Shown: positions 49,740 through 60,664, numbered from the stretch's first letter. The stretch is 64,000 bases of DNA from Bdellovibrionales bacterium (GCA_965203275.1 OZ241865.1:1408001-1472000), one strand, 5' to 3'. A program made the numbers and translations. The notes: generated from the sequence alone by a model not told the origin.

Positions 49740-50723
49740 CTAGGCCTTTTGAAGGTCCGATACTTCTTGTTTGGAAAGTCCTGTAGCTTTGCAAATAGCT
49801 TGAATATCTACATGACCCGACTTAAGAAGATTTAAAGCAACTTCTTTTAACCCTTCTTGTCGACCCTTTTCCATACCTCTTTCCATACCTCTTTCCATAC
49901 CCTTTTCCATACCTTCTTCTCTACCCTTTTCCATACCTTCTTGTATGGCTCTTGAATAAGTACTTGGCATAATTATTTCCTCCTTATTTGTTATAATTTC
50001 TTGTTCTATCTTATATAATATCTCTTTAGGATAATCTGCGGTCTGAAACATATACTCACTCAAAAAACCTGCATACTCTCGATAACTAATCACATCTTCA
50101 CTATCTCGACGACAAAGCTTTAGTATAGACCTTATTTTATCCTTAGTCATATTCTTAGCAAACTTCAGAGCATAACATAAAGCTACTATTGAACCTGCTT
50201 TATTCCAAATGTCATCCTCCGATATCTTATTTAAGTCTATCACAATCACACCAAAATTCAACCCCAAATCACCAAAAACCTTCCTCATTTCTGGTGTCCA
50301 ATTAAATGCCCCTTGCAAATCAGAAGCTGTATGAGACGAAGCATCATTGTGTAACAAAAAAATCGTCATAACAGGGTAAGTACCTGACTTTAAAAGTGCC
50401 ACGTTGTAATCTAAAACATTTAAAAAAAGTTGCTTCTGAGACTGCTTGAAGCTTTTATGCTCTATAATGACACCGACTAAGCCCTGCATCTTCATACCTT
50501 TAACACCTACTTTAGCTATGACATCAGACCGACACTCCTCAATCCGTCCACCTAATTTTTGATCTAAAAAGTCTGTCTTAATAAATTCCAATCGATTAAA
50601 CTCAAAAGCATTAAACTGATCCTTAGCCAATGAGAACTTGATAAAATCTTTAAATCTTTTAGGGTGTTTAAGACCCATCCTTGCTATTTGATCATGCTGA
50701 ATTCTAAAATCACTTTTTGACAT
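49740..50723 (-). CDS. Rpn family recombination-promoting nuclease/putative transposase (PD-(D/E)xK) with internal RBS+ATG (49970)
   Basis: HDQIAR, DFLD…CRSDVIAKV…IIEHKS nuclease motifs; EKGM repeats; internal AAGGAGG-N8-ATG before MPSTYS. Confidence 0.88.
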   Translation of the reverse strand: MSKSDFRIQHDQIARMGLKHPKRFKDFIKFSLAKDQFNAFEFNRLEFIKTDFLDQKLGGRIEECRSDVIAKVGVKGMKMQGLVGVIIEHKSFKQSQKQLFLNVLDYNVALLKSGTYPVMTIFLLHNDASSHTASDLQGAFNWTPEMRKVFGDLGLNFGVIVIDLNKISEDDIWNKAGSIVALCYALKFAKNMTKDKIRSILKLCRRDSEDVISYREYAGFLSEYMFQTADYPKEILYKIEQEIITNKEEIIMPSTYSRAIQEGMEKGREEGMEKGMERGMERGMEKGRQEGLKEVALNLLKSGHVDIQAICKATGLSKQEVSDLQKA

Positions 50724-50975
50724 CGGTCTTCCTCCTCATAAATTCATAAATTATTGATATTCTATTACTTATCGGCTTATAACACAATTTCAAGGAAAAA
50801 ACAAGCTCAATAACACACCATGTTAAGAAAACACCCGGCATCTACACAAAAAAGCCTCTACAAAAGAAATTCCTATTTTTTGGCCCGCTGCGTATAGCAA
50901 GTTCTTTTAAGCTATGTTACAAAAAGATATTACAGGGAAAATTGTATATAATCTCATAAAAAAGAGGATATAAAC

Positions 50976-51470
50976 ATGTTAGAAAAAACATCAGAAAAGA
51001 AAAAACGAAGCCTTAAGAAGAACTCCAAGAATTCCAATAAAGAGGTCTCTAAAAAGCTTAAACCTTGGGAACGTAAAAACCCCTGGGACGATGCCAATGA
51101 CCATAAAGAAATTTGGAAGCATGAAAATATTTTATCCCTCAAAGAGAAAGACTATCCTAAATTCACTTTGGCTAAAAATAAAGCTCGTTTCTACCGTATG
51201 ATCAGCTGGTATAAGTCAAAGTGGGAATGGTTAGATATTGCTCCTTTGAGTGGCACTCGCACCCTTCTCAAGCAACAGAAAAAAGAATTAAGTGATATTC
51301 GAACTCATAAATTAGACTACGAATGGGATCTTGAAATGGGGACTTTGACTCCAAGCCAGCAATCTTATCGTAGAGACGAAATCAAAATGTGTGAAGTGCA
51401 TGAGAAAATGGCTATCAGTTTGATTTCTCGTATTCAAGCTACAATAAGGTCGTCAGATCATACCTTCTAG
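50976..51470 (+). CDS. Hypothetical basic protein
   Basis: 164-aa ORF with GAGGA RBS, co-oriented with prs. Confidence 0.7.
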   Translation: MLEKTSEKKKRSLKKNSKNSNKEVSKKLKPWERKNPWDDANDHKEIWKHENILSLKEKDYPKFTLAKNKARFYRMISWYKSKWEWLDIAPLSGTRTLLKQQKKELSDIRTHKLDYEWDLEMGTLTPSQQSYRRDEIKMCEVHEKMAISLISRIQATIRSSDHTF

Positions 51471-51497
51471 TAAACAAGAACTTTTAATGTAATAAAA

Positions 51498-52469
51498 ATG
51501 AGTTTTAAAGCCATGTATGGTAGTGGTCAACAAATAAAAATTTTTGCTGGTAATTCCAATCCCACATTGGCTAAGGATATTGCCCATCACATTAACACGT
51601 TGCTGGGTGACTGCAAAGTGAATCGCTTTATGGATGGAGAAGTACATGTAGATATCCATGACCATGTTCGAGGTCAAGATGTGTTTGTGATCCAAAGCAC
51701 TTGTCCCCCCGTCAATGAAAATGCTATGGAGCTTTTTGTTTTGATGGATGCTCTCAAAAGAGCTTCAGCAGCACGTATAACTGCTGTCTTACCCTATTAT
51801 GGCTATGCTAGACAAGACAGGAAGGTATCTCCAAGAGCTCCTATCTCTGCAAAACTTATGGCTGATTTGCTGTCAACAGCTGGAGCTAATCGTGTGATGG
51901 CTTTAGATCTTCATGCATCCCAAATTCAAGGATTTTTTAACATTCCCTTTGATCATCTCTTTGCTATCCCTACCTTAGCACAGGAATGGAAAAACCAAAG
52001 CAAAGTTCCTCGGGACTGTGTTGTTGTGAGTCCAGATGCAGGCGGTGTGGAAAGAGTACGTATTTTTGCTAAACAAATTGATGTTCCTATTGCTATTATA
52101 GATAAACGTCGCATACAACCAAATGAAGCAAGAGCTTATCATTTGATTGGTGACGTAAAAAACAAGACAGCTATTATTTTAGATGATATGATTGACACTG
52201 CGGGTACACTTGTAAAGTCTGTGGATTGTGTGTTAGATAATGGAGCAAATGAGGTTGTAGCCATTGCAACGCATGGGGTTTTATCAGGTCAAGCTATTGA
52301 AAATTTAAACAAAAGTCAGGCAAAGACCATTTGGGTAACCGACACAATCCCTCAAATACAAAATGCAAAATTATGTCCTAAGTTAAAAGTGATCCCTATT
52401 GCTTCGGTTTTAGCAAAGGCTATTGATCGGATTAACAAAAACAAATCTATTAGTTCTTTATTTATATAA
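51498..52469 (+). CDS. prs: Ribose-phosphate pyrophosphokinase
   Basis: FMDGEVHV, YYGYARQDRK, VVSPDAGG, DDMIDTAGT. Confidence 0.97.
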   Translation: MSFKAMYGSGQQIKIFAGNSNPTLAKDIAHHINTLLGDCKVNRFMDGEVHVDIHDHVRGQDVFVIQSTCPPVNENAMELFVLMDALKRASAARITAVLPYYGYARQDRKVSPRAPISAKLMADLLSTAGANRVMALDLHASQIQGFFNIPFDHLFAIPTLAQEWKNQSKVPRDCVVVSPDAGGVERVRIFAKQIDVPIAIIDKRRIQPNEARAYHLIGDVKNKTAIILDDMIDTAGTLVKSVDCVLDNGANEVVAIATHGVLSGQAIENLNKSQAKTIWVTDTIPQIQNAKLCPKLKVIPIASVLAKAIDRINKNKSISSLFI

Positions 52470-52495
52470 AGGGGTATAACCGAAGGGGTATTATT

Positions 52496-53197
52496 ATGAA
52501 TACAATCAAACTAGAAGTTAAAACACGTGATGTAGGAAAGCGTGCTATCCATGCTCTAAGAAAGACCAAAATGGTACCAGCTATAGTTTATGGAGCTATC
52601 CCTAATCATCCTATTGCTCTTTCAGAAAAATTACTTTTAAAATATTCTCATAAAAAATTTGAAAACACTATTTTTTATTTGCAATGTGATCAAAACACAC
52701 AAGTCCATGACACACCTGTTTTAATCAAAACTATAGAAAGAGACCCTGTGACTCAAAAGCCTTTACACTTAGACTTTTATGCTCCTGACATGAACAAAAA
52801 AGTCTCAGTTCATGTTGACCTAGAATTTGTCGGTAAATCTATTGGTGAGGCAGAAGGTGGAGTACTAGAAATTATGCAAAGAGAACTAGAGTTACTTTGT
52901 TTACCAGGTCAAATCCCTAAACATATTCAAGTACATGTCAACCATTTGAAAAAGGGAGATGTCTATCATATCTCACATTTGAAATTGCCAGAGGGTGTGA
53001 CAGCAGTGACCTCCGTTGATTTGCCTTTATGTGCAGTGAAAGAAGCTAGAAAGGTGATTGTAGAGACTCCTACTGAGAAAAAGGACGCATCCACTGATGG
53101 AAAAGATACAAGCAAAAAAGAAGATCAACAAAAGCAAAAAGAAACATCTTCACCAAAACAAAAAGAAACACCCTCTAAAAGCAAAGCTAAAAAGTAA
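52496..53197 (+). CDS. rplY: 50S ribosomal protein L25/Ctc
   Basis: VPAIVYG, RDPVTQKPLHLDFY, GGVLE; follows prs. Confidence 0.95.
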   Translation: MNTIKLEVKTRDVGKRAIHALRKTKMVPAIVYGAIPNHPIALSEKLLLKYSHKKFENTIFYLQCDQNTQVHDTPVLIKTIERDPVTQKPLHLDFYAPDMNKKVSVHVDLEFVGKSIGEAEGGVLEIMQRELELLCLPGQIPKHIQVHVNHLKKGDVYHISHLKLPEGVTAVTSVDLPLCAVKEARKVIVETPTEKKDASTDGKDTSKKEDQQKQKETSSPKQKETPSKSKAKK

Positions 53198-53385
53198 TTT
53201 TTTAGGGAAATAGACTTTTTTGCCTTATAGCCCTTATAATAGCATGGTATAATTTCTCTTTTCTATTTGAATCACTTGCCTTTAAGCTCAAAGAATTTAA
53301 AATAATACTTTAAAATCTTATTAAAAAATAAAAATGCTTTCTATTTTAAGTGGAGTCCATTTGAATTTATAAATCTCTACACCAA

Positions 53386-54534
53386 TTATTTTATTCTGAT
53401 GATATGAAGTTGCCCTTCATTAGACATTAAATAAACCTTTTGGTCTGCAACATTGACAGGAGCTAAAGTCCCTTTAACTTTATCATACTGCACCTGCACT
53501 TGACCTGAACTTTTATCTAAACCTAGTAAAGGTCCATGGCTTTGCCCTACGTAAACAGTATTTTGAAAGACCATAGGCTTTGTGCCAATAGAGTTCTTTA
53601 AAGAATACGTCCATTGCACTTTCCCTGTGGATTTATTGGCAGACACCACTTCTCCTTGAGATGTAGAAAAAAATATATTATTTTGATATGCTGTAGGATG
53701 TGAAGGGCCTCCCTTTTGAGCAATTTTCCAAAATTCTTTCCCTGTTTGAGGATCCAATGCATACATATCTTGTTCATAGCTGGAAGCATACAACATACCT
53801 TCATTTAAACCTATGTATAAATTTTTAAAACGACTATATAGGGCAAATGATTTTTCCCAAACCACTTGTCCTTGAACTTGTGAAACAGACACAACCGACC
53901 CGTCACTAAAAGCCAGTAAAACGCGATCCCTATAAATAATCGGTTGGCTTCCACCATAAATATTTAAAGAAGGGAAAGTCCCCTTACGTGCATAAACCCA
54001 CTTTTGTTCCCCTGTCCTTGCTATAAAAGCATAAGCAGTGTTGTTTGCTGTCACCACATATAAAATGCCATTGTGAAAAGTGGGAGCTTGTAAAACTTCT
54101 ACTCTTAAATGATAAGACCATACCTCACGGCCATTAATTGCTTCTAAACAATAAAGTTGACCATCTCCTCCACCAAAGTAAAGGTAACCATTGTGAAAGA
54201 CAGCACCTTGCACCCCTCCCTCAATATCCTTACGCCAAAGCTGTCTTTGCGTTTTTTTATCATAAGCGACTAAACCATCTCTAGCATTACCTTGAAAAAC
54301 AAACTTTTCAGTCACAAGAGGTTGCATCAGATGAGATGTTCTGGAGTCTTTGTAAATTTCATCTTTGTATGTATTTTTGATTCCTTGTGGAATAAGCTGA
54401 GGAAGTTGGACTTTGGCTGTTTGCTGTGTGTGTGAACAGGCCATCAATAAAATAAATAACCAAGCATAATGAATCTTCCATTGATTCAACACGCTGAGGA
54501 TATAAAAAAAATATTTATTTAAAAAAAATCCCAT
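53386..54534 (-). CDS. PQQ-like beta-propeller lipoprotein (BamB-like)
   Basis: LMAC lipobox; repeated A(L)DxxTGxxxW blades. Confidence 0.85.
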   Translation of the reverse strand: MGFFLNKYFFYILSVLNQWKIHYAWLFILLMACSHTQQTAKVQLPQLIPQGIKNTYKDEIYKDSRTSHLMQPLVTEKFVFQGNARDGLVAYDKKTQRQLWRKDIEGGVQGAVFHNGYLYFGGGDGQLYCLEAINGREVWSYHLRVEVLQAPTFHNGILYVVTANNTAYAFIARTGEQKWVYARKGTFPSLNIYGGSQPIIYRDRVLLAFSDGSVVSVSQVQGQVVWEKSFALYSRFKNLYIGLNEGMLYASSYEQDMYALDPQTGKEFWKIAQKGGPSHPTAYQNNIFFSTSQGEVVSANKSTGKVQWTYSLKNSIGTKPMVFQNTVYVGQSHGPLLGLDKSSGQVQVQYDKVKGTLAPVNVADQKVYLMSNEGQLHIIRIK

Positions 54535-54538
54535 ATTA

Positions 54539-55393
54539 TTATTGACCCTTTTTCATAAGGTGCAAAACCCTTTTAGCTGTTTGACCAGAAGGCAGTTGAG
54601 CATAATCCATACTTAATTTTTCATAATTAGCCCGAGCTTTTGCTATTTCTTGCACTCCTTCAAAGCAAAGACCTTGTTTGAGCAAAGCATCCGCATGTAA
54701 AAAAGACAAACTGTCTACATTAATAATTGTTGACCAAATTTCAATAGCCTCCTGACATTGATGATTTTCTACATAGAGATCAGCTAAAGACATCAGAGCT
54801 ATACTGTCAATCAGTTCACCTACTTTTAAATGCGTTTTGACTTGCTTTAAGGAGTCAAGGGCAGCTTGAAGATTCTCTTGATTTTTATGCAGATCAACTA
54901 AATAGAGAGCTGCTAAAATAGCCCCTTTTGTACCTGCATAATCGTTAATCACATTTTGATAACCTAAACTGATTTCTTCATAGTCTTTTTTTGAAAGAAT
55001 AATTTTTTGTGAAGACTTTTTTTGCAAAAGCTGATCTACTTGAGAAGGAGAGTCGGACTTTTTAGCATCTCCTTCTGTTTTCAAAAGAGCTTTTTTCTGT
55101 AAGGCGTCCCATCGAGCAAAAGATAGATAGAGCTGATTTTGTGCTTTTTTCTCACTCTCACCTTGATAGTATTGACTTACAGCAAGAAAGCTTATTGTCA
55201 ATATCAGCAACAGACAAATAATAATAAAAATGGGCTTTTGCTCATATAAAAACTGTATAATTAATCGAGAGGTCTTTTGAAAAGAATCATGTCTTTTAGA
55301 AAAAGGAACCCCTAAACTATTAGAAGTAGACTGAGAAGATGGATTCTGATCAGAGGTAGGCCCTTTATGAGGGTTTTTTGATGATTTTTTCAT
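54539..55393 (-). CDS. YfgM-like TPR membrane protein
   Basis: TM helix then TPR helices (YAGTKGAILAAL); directly upstream of the BamB-like gene. Confidence 0.75.
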   Translation of the reverse strand: MKKSSKNPHKGPTSDQNPSSQSTSNSLGVPFSKRHDSFQKTSRLIIQFLYEQKPIFIIICLLLILTISFLAVSQYYQGESEKKAQNQLYLSFARWDALQKKALLKTEGDAKKSDSPSQVDQLLQKKSSQKIILSKKDYEEISLGYQNVINDYAGTKGAILAALYLVDLHKNQENLQAALDSLKQVKTHLKVGELIDSIALMSLADLYVENHQCQEAIEIWSTIINVDSLSFLHADALLKQGLCFEGVQEIAKARANYEKLSMDYAQLPSGQTAKRVLHLMKKGQ

Positions 55394-55470
55394 AAGTACC
55401 TTACTTTATTTAAAGTCTTTGTGATAAATATATATAATAAAGATAAAAATTTAATTGTCAAGGGTTAAAG

Positions 55471-56667
55471 ATGATAAAAAATAAGCTTTATGTTGTAGGG
55501 ATTATGAGTGGGACAAGCCTCGATGGGGTTGACTTTGTCCTCTGTCATATTCAGAGATCGTCTAAAAACAAAGCCTTGAAGGTTCAATTTTTAGATAGAG
55601 CAAGCTCTAATTTTCCTGCATCTCTTTATCAAAAACTTCAAAAAGCTACAAAGCATTTAATGCCCTTAGATCAATTATCAGAGTTAGATTTTGCATTAGG
55701 GCAGTTTTATGCTCATCAGCTATCACAGCATCAAAAGCAAAAAAAATGGCACATAGACCTGATAGGATTACATGGGCAAACAGTTTATCATCACGGAAAA
55801 CATGCTACTTTACAGATCGGTAAGCCTCATTTTTTAGCTACTCAGTTGGGTGTACCTGTTGCTTCTGATTTTCGTTCTATGGATATTGCTCTTGGAGGGC
55901 AAGGGGCCCCTTTAACTCCATTTTTTCATAAGGAGGTCCTGGCAAGAGAGGCTTTTAAGCGGATGTCCCGTCTGTTCAAAAACCATCCTATTGCCATTCA
56001 AAATATCGGAGGAATTGCCAATGTGACCTTTATTTTAAATGACAGAACGATAGCTTATGATACAGGTCCAGGCAATGTTCTGATAGATGCTTTTATGCAT
56101 AAAACAACTCAAGGGAAAACTCACTATGATCAGGATGGTCAGTTAGCCTATCAAGGTATTGCTAATATTTCTGCTCTCAAAAAATGGATGCAAAGTCAGT
56201 GGGCTTTACAAAAGTCTCCTAAAAGCTTTGATAGTAAGCTTTTTAAAAATATTTTAACTTCATACTTTAAAGATATTCAAAAAGATTCTCTACCTGATAA
56301 GGTAGCTACCTTAACTGAATTAACAGCTAGGACAATAGCCTATTCTTATAAAAGGGAGCTACCTTGTATGCCCAAAGTTATTGTGTTGTGTGGGGGAGGA
56401 GCTTTAAATAAATACTTGATACATCGTATTAAATATAATTTTTCGAGTATATTTGAAGATAATGCATTTCAGGGTGCCTTGCCTGAAGTGATCACATCAG
56501 AGCAGTTAGGTTGGCCTATTGAGGCTGTGGAAGGCGGAGCTTTTGCACTTTTAGCAGCTTTTTGTTATTGGAACAAACCTGTGATAGATGCACAAGTAGA
56601 ACACTTTCATTTCAAAAAGAAACAACCTCAAGCTATTTTAGGTAGCCTTACACCCTCGCCTCTTTAA
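55471..56667 (+). CDS. anmK: Anhydro-N-acetylmuramic acid kinase
   Basis: GIMSGTSLDGVD, HGQTVYH, DFRSMDIALGGQGAPL, NIGGIAN, DTGPGN. Confidence 0.96.
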   Translation: MIKNKLYVVGIMSGTSLDGVDFVLCHIQRSSKNKALKVQFLDRASSNFPASLYQKLQKATKHLMPLDQLSELDFALGQFYAHQLSQHQKQKKWHIDLIGLHGQTVYHHGKHATLQIGKPHFLATQLGVPVASDFRSMDIALGGQGAPLTPFFHKEVLAREAFKRMSRLFKNHPIAIQNIGGIANVTFILNDRTIAYDTGPGNVLIDAFMHKTTQGKTHYDQDGQLAYQGIANISALKKWMQSQWALQKSPKSFDSKLFKNILTSYFKDIQKDSLPDKVATLTELTARTIAYSYKRELPCMPKVIVLCGGGALNKYLIHRIKYNFSSIFEDNAFQGALPEVITSEQLGWPIEAVEGGAFALLAAFCYWNKPVIDAQVEHFHFKKKQPQAILGSLTPSPL

Positions 56668-56757
56668 ATTCGGTTGAGGTTGTAAGCATTTAATTTTATT
56701 GTGGGTTTTTAGACTTTTTGCGATAAATTATTTTAAGTCCTTAAGTGAAAATGACCA

Positions 56758-57153
56758 CTAAAGAGTTTGGTCAAAGATAAAATGAAGCTTTTTTCTACGA
56801 CTCTCTTTAGCCTTTTCAACAAAATAGATTAAGTCGTCTATGATCTGATAATCTCTATTATTTAAAAAATGAAATTTCACTCTTGCTCCACGTGAGTCAG
56901 TTGAAAGCACAGAAGCTTGAAGTATGCGTTTACGCTCTCCTAATACCAAAACAATAGAAATTTTATCTTGTGATTTCAAGGCTTTTTTAGAATCCCTACT
57001 TATTGGATTTTTAGAAGGTATTGATGGGGTTGATAGGTAGGCTTCAGAATTATTAATATGTCTTAATTGCCCACAAGTAAAATCCCTTGCATAGACTTTT
57101 TTGTATTCTACATTTAAATAGGCAGGAAATAAATCTTGTTGTTTTTCTATCAT
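56758..57153 (-). CDS. PilZ-like domain protein
   Basis: Degenerate (N/D)xSxxG-type motif (HINNSEAYL) and GARVKF beta-barrel end. Confidence 0.5.
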   Translation of the reverse strand: MIEKQQDLFPAYLNVEYKKVYARDFTCGQLRHINNSEAYLSTPSIPSKNPISRDSKKALKSQDKISIVLVLGERKRILQASVLSTDSRGARVKFHFLNNRDYQIIDDLIYFVEKAKESRRKKLHFIFDQTL

Positions 57154-57319
57154 AATGTTTCCCTTTTTATTTTATTCGGCAGCCTACAATAAAAAATTAA
57201 AAAGAAAGTAAAATATTTATAAAAACCCTCCGTATGCCTAGGATAAATATTGATTTCACAGAGTATTTGATTTAAGTTATAGCTTACTTTAAATGAAATA
57301 AAAGGCACAAATAACCAAA

Positions 57320-58057
57320 ATGAGAAACGATCAAAGAAATTACTTACAACTAAGGCCTATTCAGATCCGTCCTCAACCTATCCGTTATGGGGAAGGAGGA
57401 GTTGAGATCGCTTATGGTCACACAAAGGTACTGTGCATAGCTTCTATAGAAGACTCTTTACCTAAGTGGTTTTTAGAATCTCATCAAGGTGGTTGGGTCA
57501 CAGCAGAGTATGGCATGCTCCCTCGCTCGACACATACTCGGATGAAAAGAGAGAGTATTTTGCCTGCTGGCCGAACTCAGGAAATATCTCGGTTAATTGC
57601 TCGTAGCCTCAGAGCTGTCACAGACCTCAAAGCTCTTGGAGAACGTAAAGTCATTGTGGACTGTGACGTTCTTCAAGCAGATGGTGGAACACGAGCTGCC
57701 TCTATTACAGGAGGCTTTGTAGCTCTTGCTTTAGCACTGCAATCTCTGGTAAAAGATCAAATCTTACCTACCATCCCTCTAAAAAACTATTTAGCAGCTG
57801 TAAGTGTAGGACTTTCAGACAATCAGGTGCTTGTAGATTTGAATTATGAAGAAGACAGTAGCATTGAAACTGACATGAATATTGTGATGACAAATGATCA
57901 GAAATTTGTAGAAATTCAAGGTACAGCCGAAGGACAACCTTTTGCACATTCACACCTGACAGCTATGATAGAGGTAGCCAGTAAAGTGATGCCTTCTATT
58001 TTCCAAGCCCAAGAAGCACTTATAAGTGATTTTTTCCCTCTCAAAAAGATGAGCTGA
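57320..58057 (+). CDS. rph: Ribonuclease PH
   Basis: GWVTAEYGMLPRST, EISRLIARSLR, DCDVLQADGGTR, VEIQGTAEG. Confidence 0.97.
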   Translation: MRNDQRNYLQLRPIQIRPQPIRYGEGGVEIAYGHTKVLCIASIEDSLPKWFLESHQGGWVTAEYGMLPRSTHTRMKRESILPAGRTQEISRLIARSLRAVTDLKALGERKVIVDCDVLQADGGTRAASITGGFVALALALQSLVKDQILPTIPLKNYLAAVSVGLSDNQVLVDLNYEEDSSIETDMNIVMTNDQKFVEIQGTAEGQPFAHSHLTAMIEVASKVMPSIFQAQEALISDFFPLKKMS

Positions 58058-58072
58058 GCCATAGTTTATAAT

Positions 58073-60664
58073 GTGTATCCTAAATCAGAAAAATCAATAA
58101 TACATTCCTTTACATCCTTGACTTTTGTTGAATATGCGTATATACCATTTCAATATTTAAAAGGGTTGACTATGAAAATTCAAAGGCATTTTACGTTTTG
58201 TTTTATCTTTTTATTATTAGCCTCTTATGTGGAAGGAAGTATCCTAAAAGATGATCAGGACTCTTGTACCCAGTCTCTTATGGCCCATGTAGGTTTATCC
58301 ATGTCGCCTGCACTTAATGACAAAATGGCTCAATATGTTCGAGGTGTTCTATTCGAACACTCTAATGGTCAAGGGTTTTATCCTTTATTTAAGCTCAATC
58401 AAAATTCCCCTGGACTTCATTTTAAAAGCACTCACTTTAGTAATGTCTATGAACTAGATCAACTACCAGCCTTATTTTTAACTACGACTATTTTAAAGTC
58501 CCTGTCCCATACAATACACATAGAAGTTCTCAAAAAAGTATGGAAGCACACGACTATTTATGATATCAATGGTCATTCACTCAAAGAAGAATCAAAGCCT
58601 TTAATAAGTAATATGTTTAGAGAGTACAAGCAGGGCATAAAGGATCATACTTTTCATAATCCTTATTTGCTTTCATTAGAGTTACGTCATTTATTTGCAT
58701 TATTAAAAGACCCTCATTATAGTAGTTATCTCACACTCAATAGCTATGGTAGAAACATTACAGGGTTGATCTCTTATAAACCTGGAAATGCTGTATTTAA
58801 TAAAAAAAACATTGAAATAGAAGACTTTTATATCTTTTTTGAAACATCTCATCGTTTGTATGTTTTCTTGACGGAACCCAAACGCAATTTATCTATGGTT
58901 GTTTTAGCTTTTCAAAAAACCTCAGATAGATCTTTAACTGATTATGTTTATTACAATCACTTTGAAGCACTTCAAATGTATCTAAAAACTGCATCTAGAT
59001 TATATAACAAAATAGATGAGAAAAATATCATGGACGTAGTAGACAATCGTTTTGCCTTTTCTTTTAATGATGATTGGACTAGTCAAATGATGTATCGATT
59101 GCAAGAAGCTCTCATAACACTTGATATGAAGCCCAATGAAGTGATTGCAGATGTTTTAAGATTATGGAATAATTCTATTTTTGAAGATCAAATGTATGAT
59201 ATAAAAATACAAACTCTCCTTAAAATAGCTCATTTTTTAGGGGTAGATATATTCACTCTTATTAGCAATGTAGATTTAAAGCCTTTTATTAAAGTTAATG
59301 AAACACCTTTATCTTCTCAAGAGCTTTACCAATTAGAGAAACTAATCAGTCAAAAGCTCAAAACAACTATTGTTGGTAACTCTCGCTTAAATATGGTACA
59401 AATGTCTGATCATCTCAACATCTCTCTTCGCTTATTAGAAAATATTATCTACCGCTACCATCTTCCACTTTATTCTATATTGAGAAACATGTTGAAAGCA
59501 CTTAATATTAATGTTGAAGTTTTTTTTCAGAATATTCATTTAAGTAAAGTGCAAGAAGAAAATGAAAAGCCACAACAAAAATTAAGTAAAACAACAGAAG
59601 AGCAAACACAAAAGTCAAACAATGCAAAGCAAGCTATTGATGTGACAGGTGTTCAAAAACAATCAAATGACATAAAGCACATTCAGTTCATCAGCAACCG
59701 TATCAAAAAAGCAACATCTGTATCTCTTATAAAGATTCCTTACTTAGAGAGAAACAAATTATTAGCAGTGAGTTTATTTCTATTAGACAAACAAAATCCT
59801 TCAATGAAAACTTTATTAAAAGCAAAATATTTAGCAGGCATCACTCTGTCTGAGTTGATTGGACAGGATCCTCTCGAAAATATAGTAGACCCTAAAAAAG
59901 CCAGAAGGGATCCTCTCTCTAATGACTACATAGAAAAGGCTTATAAGCTTTTTGCTTATTATCTTGGCAAACAGATTATGCAATTGAATCTTTCTTTAAA
60001 AGAAGTAGCTAAGATGACAAATGTTCAATATGATACACTCAGATCATTCTTTCAAAGAGGTAAAAAATCAAGATATTTATTTTTTGTTCAAATGGCTGAA
60101 GGATTGAATTTTTCTTTAATTGATCTTTTTAAAAACCTAGAGAAAGATATTTTACAAATAGATCTCATGGATTTAAAACTTGATATTCCAATTGATCATA
60201 ACCAAGCCATTGCAAAACAAGAGGCCTTGCGATTAGGTGATCGTATTCATCAAGTTATTCAATTAGGATATATATCTAAATCGGAGGCTAAAATGATGGG
60301 ATTAAGAAAAGACACATTGAAAAATGGAACATTTAAAATACTAGCGGTTATAAGTCTTATTCGTTCTTTATGTATTTCTTTTAAGCAACTTTCTGAGGAT
60401 CAAGATATTTCATCGGCCATCAATCTAAAATGCAACAAAAATAAAAATAAATTGAAACCTTCTGCTAGTCAGAAATTTTTACATCGTTTAAGACAGCATC
60501 TTAAGCAAAAAATGAGAGAAGCACATAACTCACAATCTGATCTTGATATTGAAAAATCAGTCGATCAACAATATAGTAGCATTCATGCCACCTATTATAA
60601 ATTAGCACTTACAGCTATTTATCTTGATACAACGACAACTGCACTTTTAGACGAAATGGATTAA
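58073..60664 (+). CDS. Large hypothetical protein with signal peptide and several XRE-HTH-like segments (likely start 58172)
   Basis: MKIQRHFTFCFIFLLLASYVEG leader; IKIQTLLKIAHFLGVDI, LNMVQMSDHLNIS, LSLKEVAKMTNVQYDTL segments. Confidence 0.7.
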   Translation: MYPKSEKSIIHSFTSLTFVEYAYIPFQYLKGLTMKIQRHFTFCFIFLLLASYVEGSILKDDQDSCTQSLMAHVGLSMSPALNDKMAQYVRGVLFEHSNGQGFYPLFKLNQNSPGLHFKSTHFSNVYELDQLPALFLTTTILKSLSHTIHIEVLKKVWKHTTIYDINGHSLKEESKPLISNMFREYKQGIKDHTFHNPYLLSLELRHLFALLKDPHYSSYLTLNSYGRNITGLISYKPGNAVFNKKNIEIEDFYIFFETSHRLYVFLTEPKRNLSMVVLAFQKTSDRSLTDYVYYNHFEALQMYLKTASRLYNKIDEKNIMDVVDNRFAFSFNDDWTSQMMYRLQEALITLDMKPNEVIADVLRLWNNSIFEDQMYDIKIQTLLKIAHFLGVDIFTLISNVDLKPFIKVNETPLSSQELYQLEKLISQKLKTTIVGNSRLNMVQMSDHLNISLRLLENIIYRYHLPLYSILRNMLKALNINVEVFFQNIHLSKVQEENEKPQQKLSKTTEEQTQKSNNAKQAIDVTGVQKQSNDIKHIQFISNRIKKATSVSLIKIPYLERNKLLAVSLFLLDKQNPSMKTLLKAKYLAGITLSELIGQDPLENIVDPKKARRDPLSNDYIEKAYKLFAYYLGKQIMQLNLSLKEVAKMTNVQYDTLRSFFQRGKKSRYLFFVQMAEGLNFSLIDLFKNLEKDILQIDLMDLKLDIPIDHNQAIAKQEALRLGDRIHQVIQLGYISKSEAKMMGLRKDTLKNGTFKILAVISLIRSLCISFKQLSEDQDISSAINLKCNKNKNKLKPSASQKFLHRLRQHLKQKMREAHNSQSDLDIEKSVDQQYSSIHATYYKLALTAIYLDTTTTALLDEMD

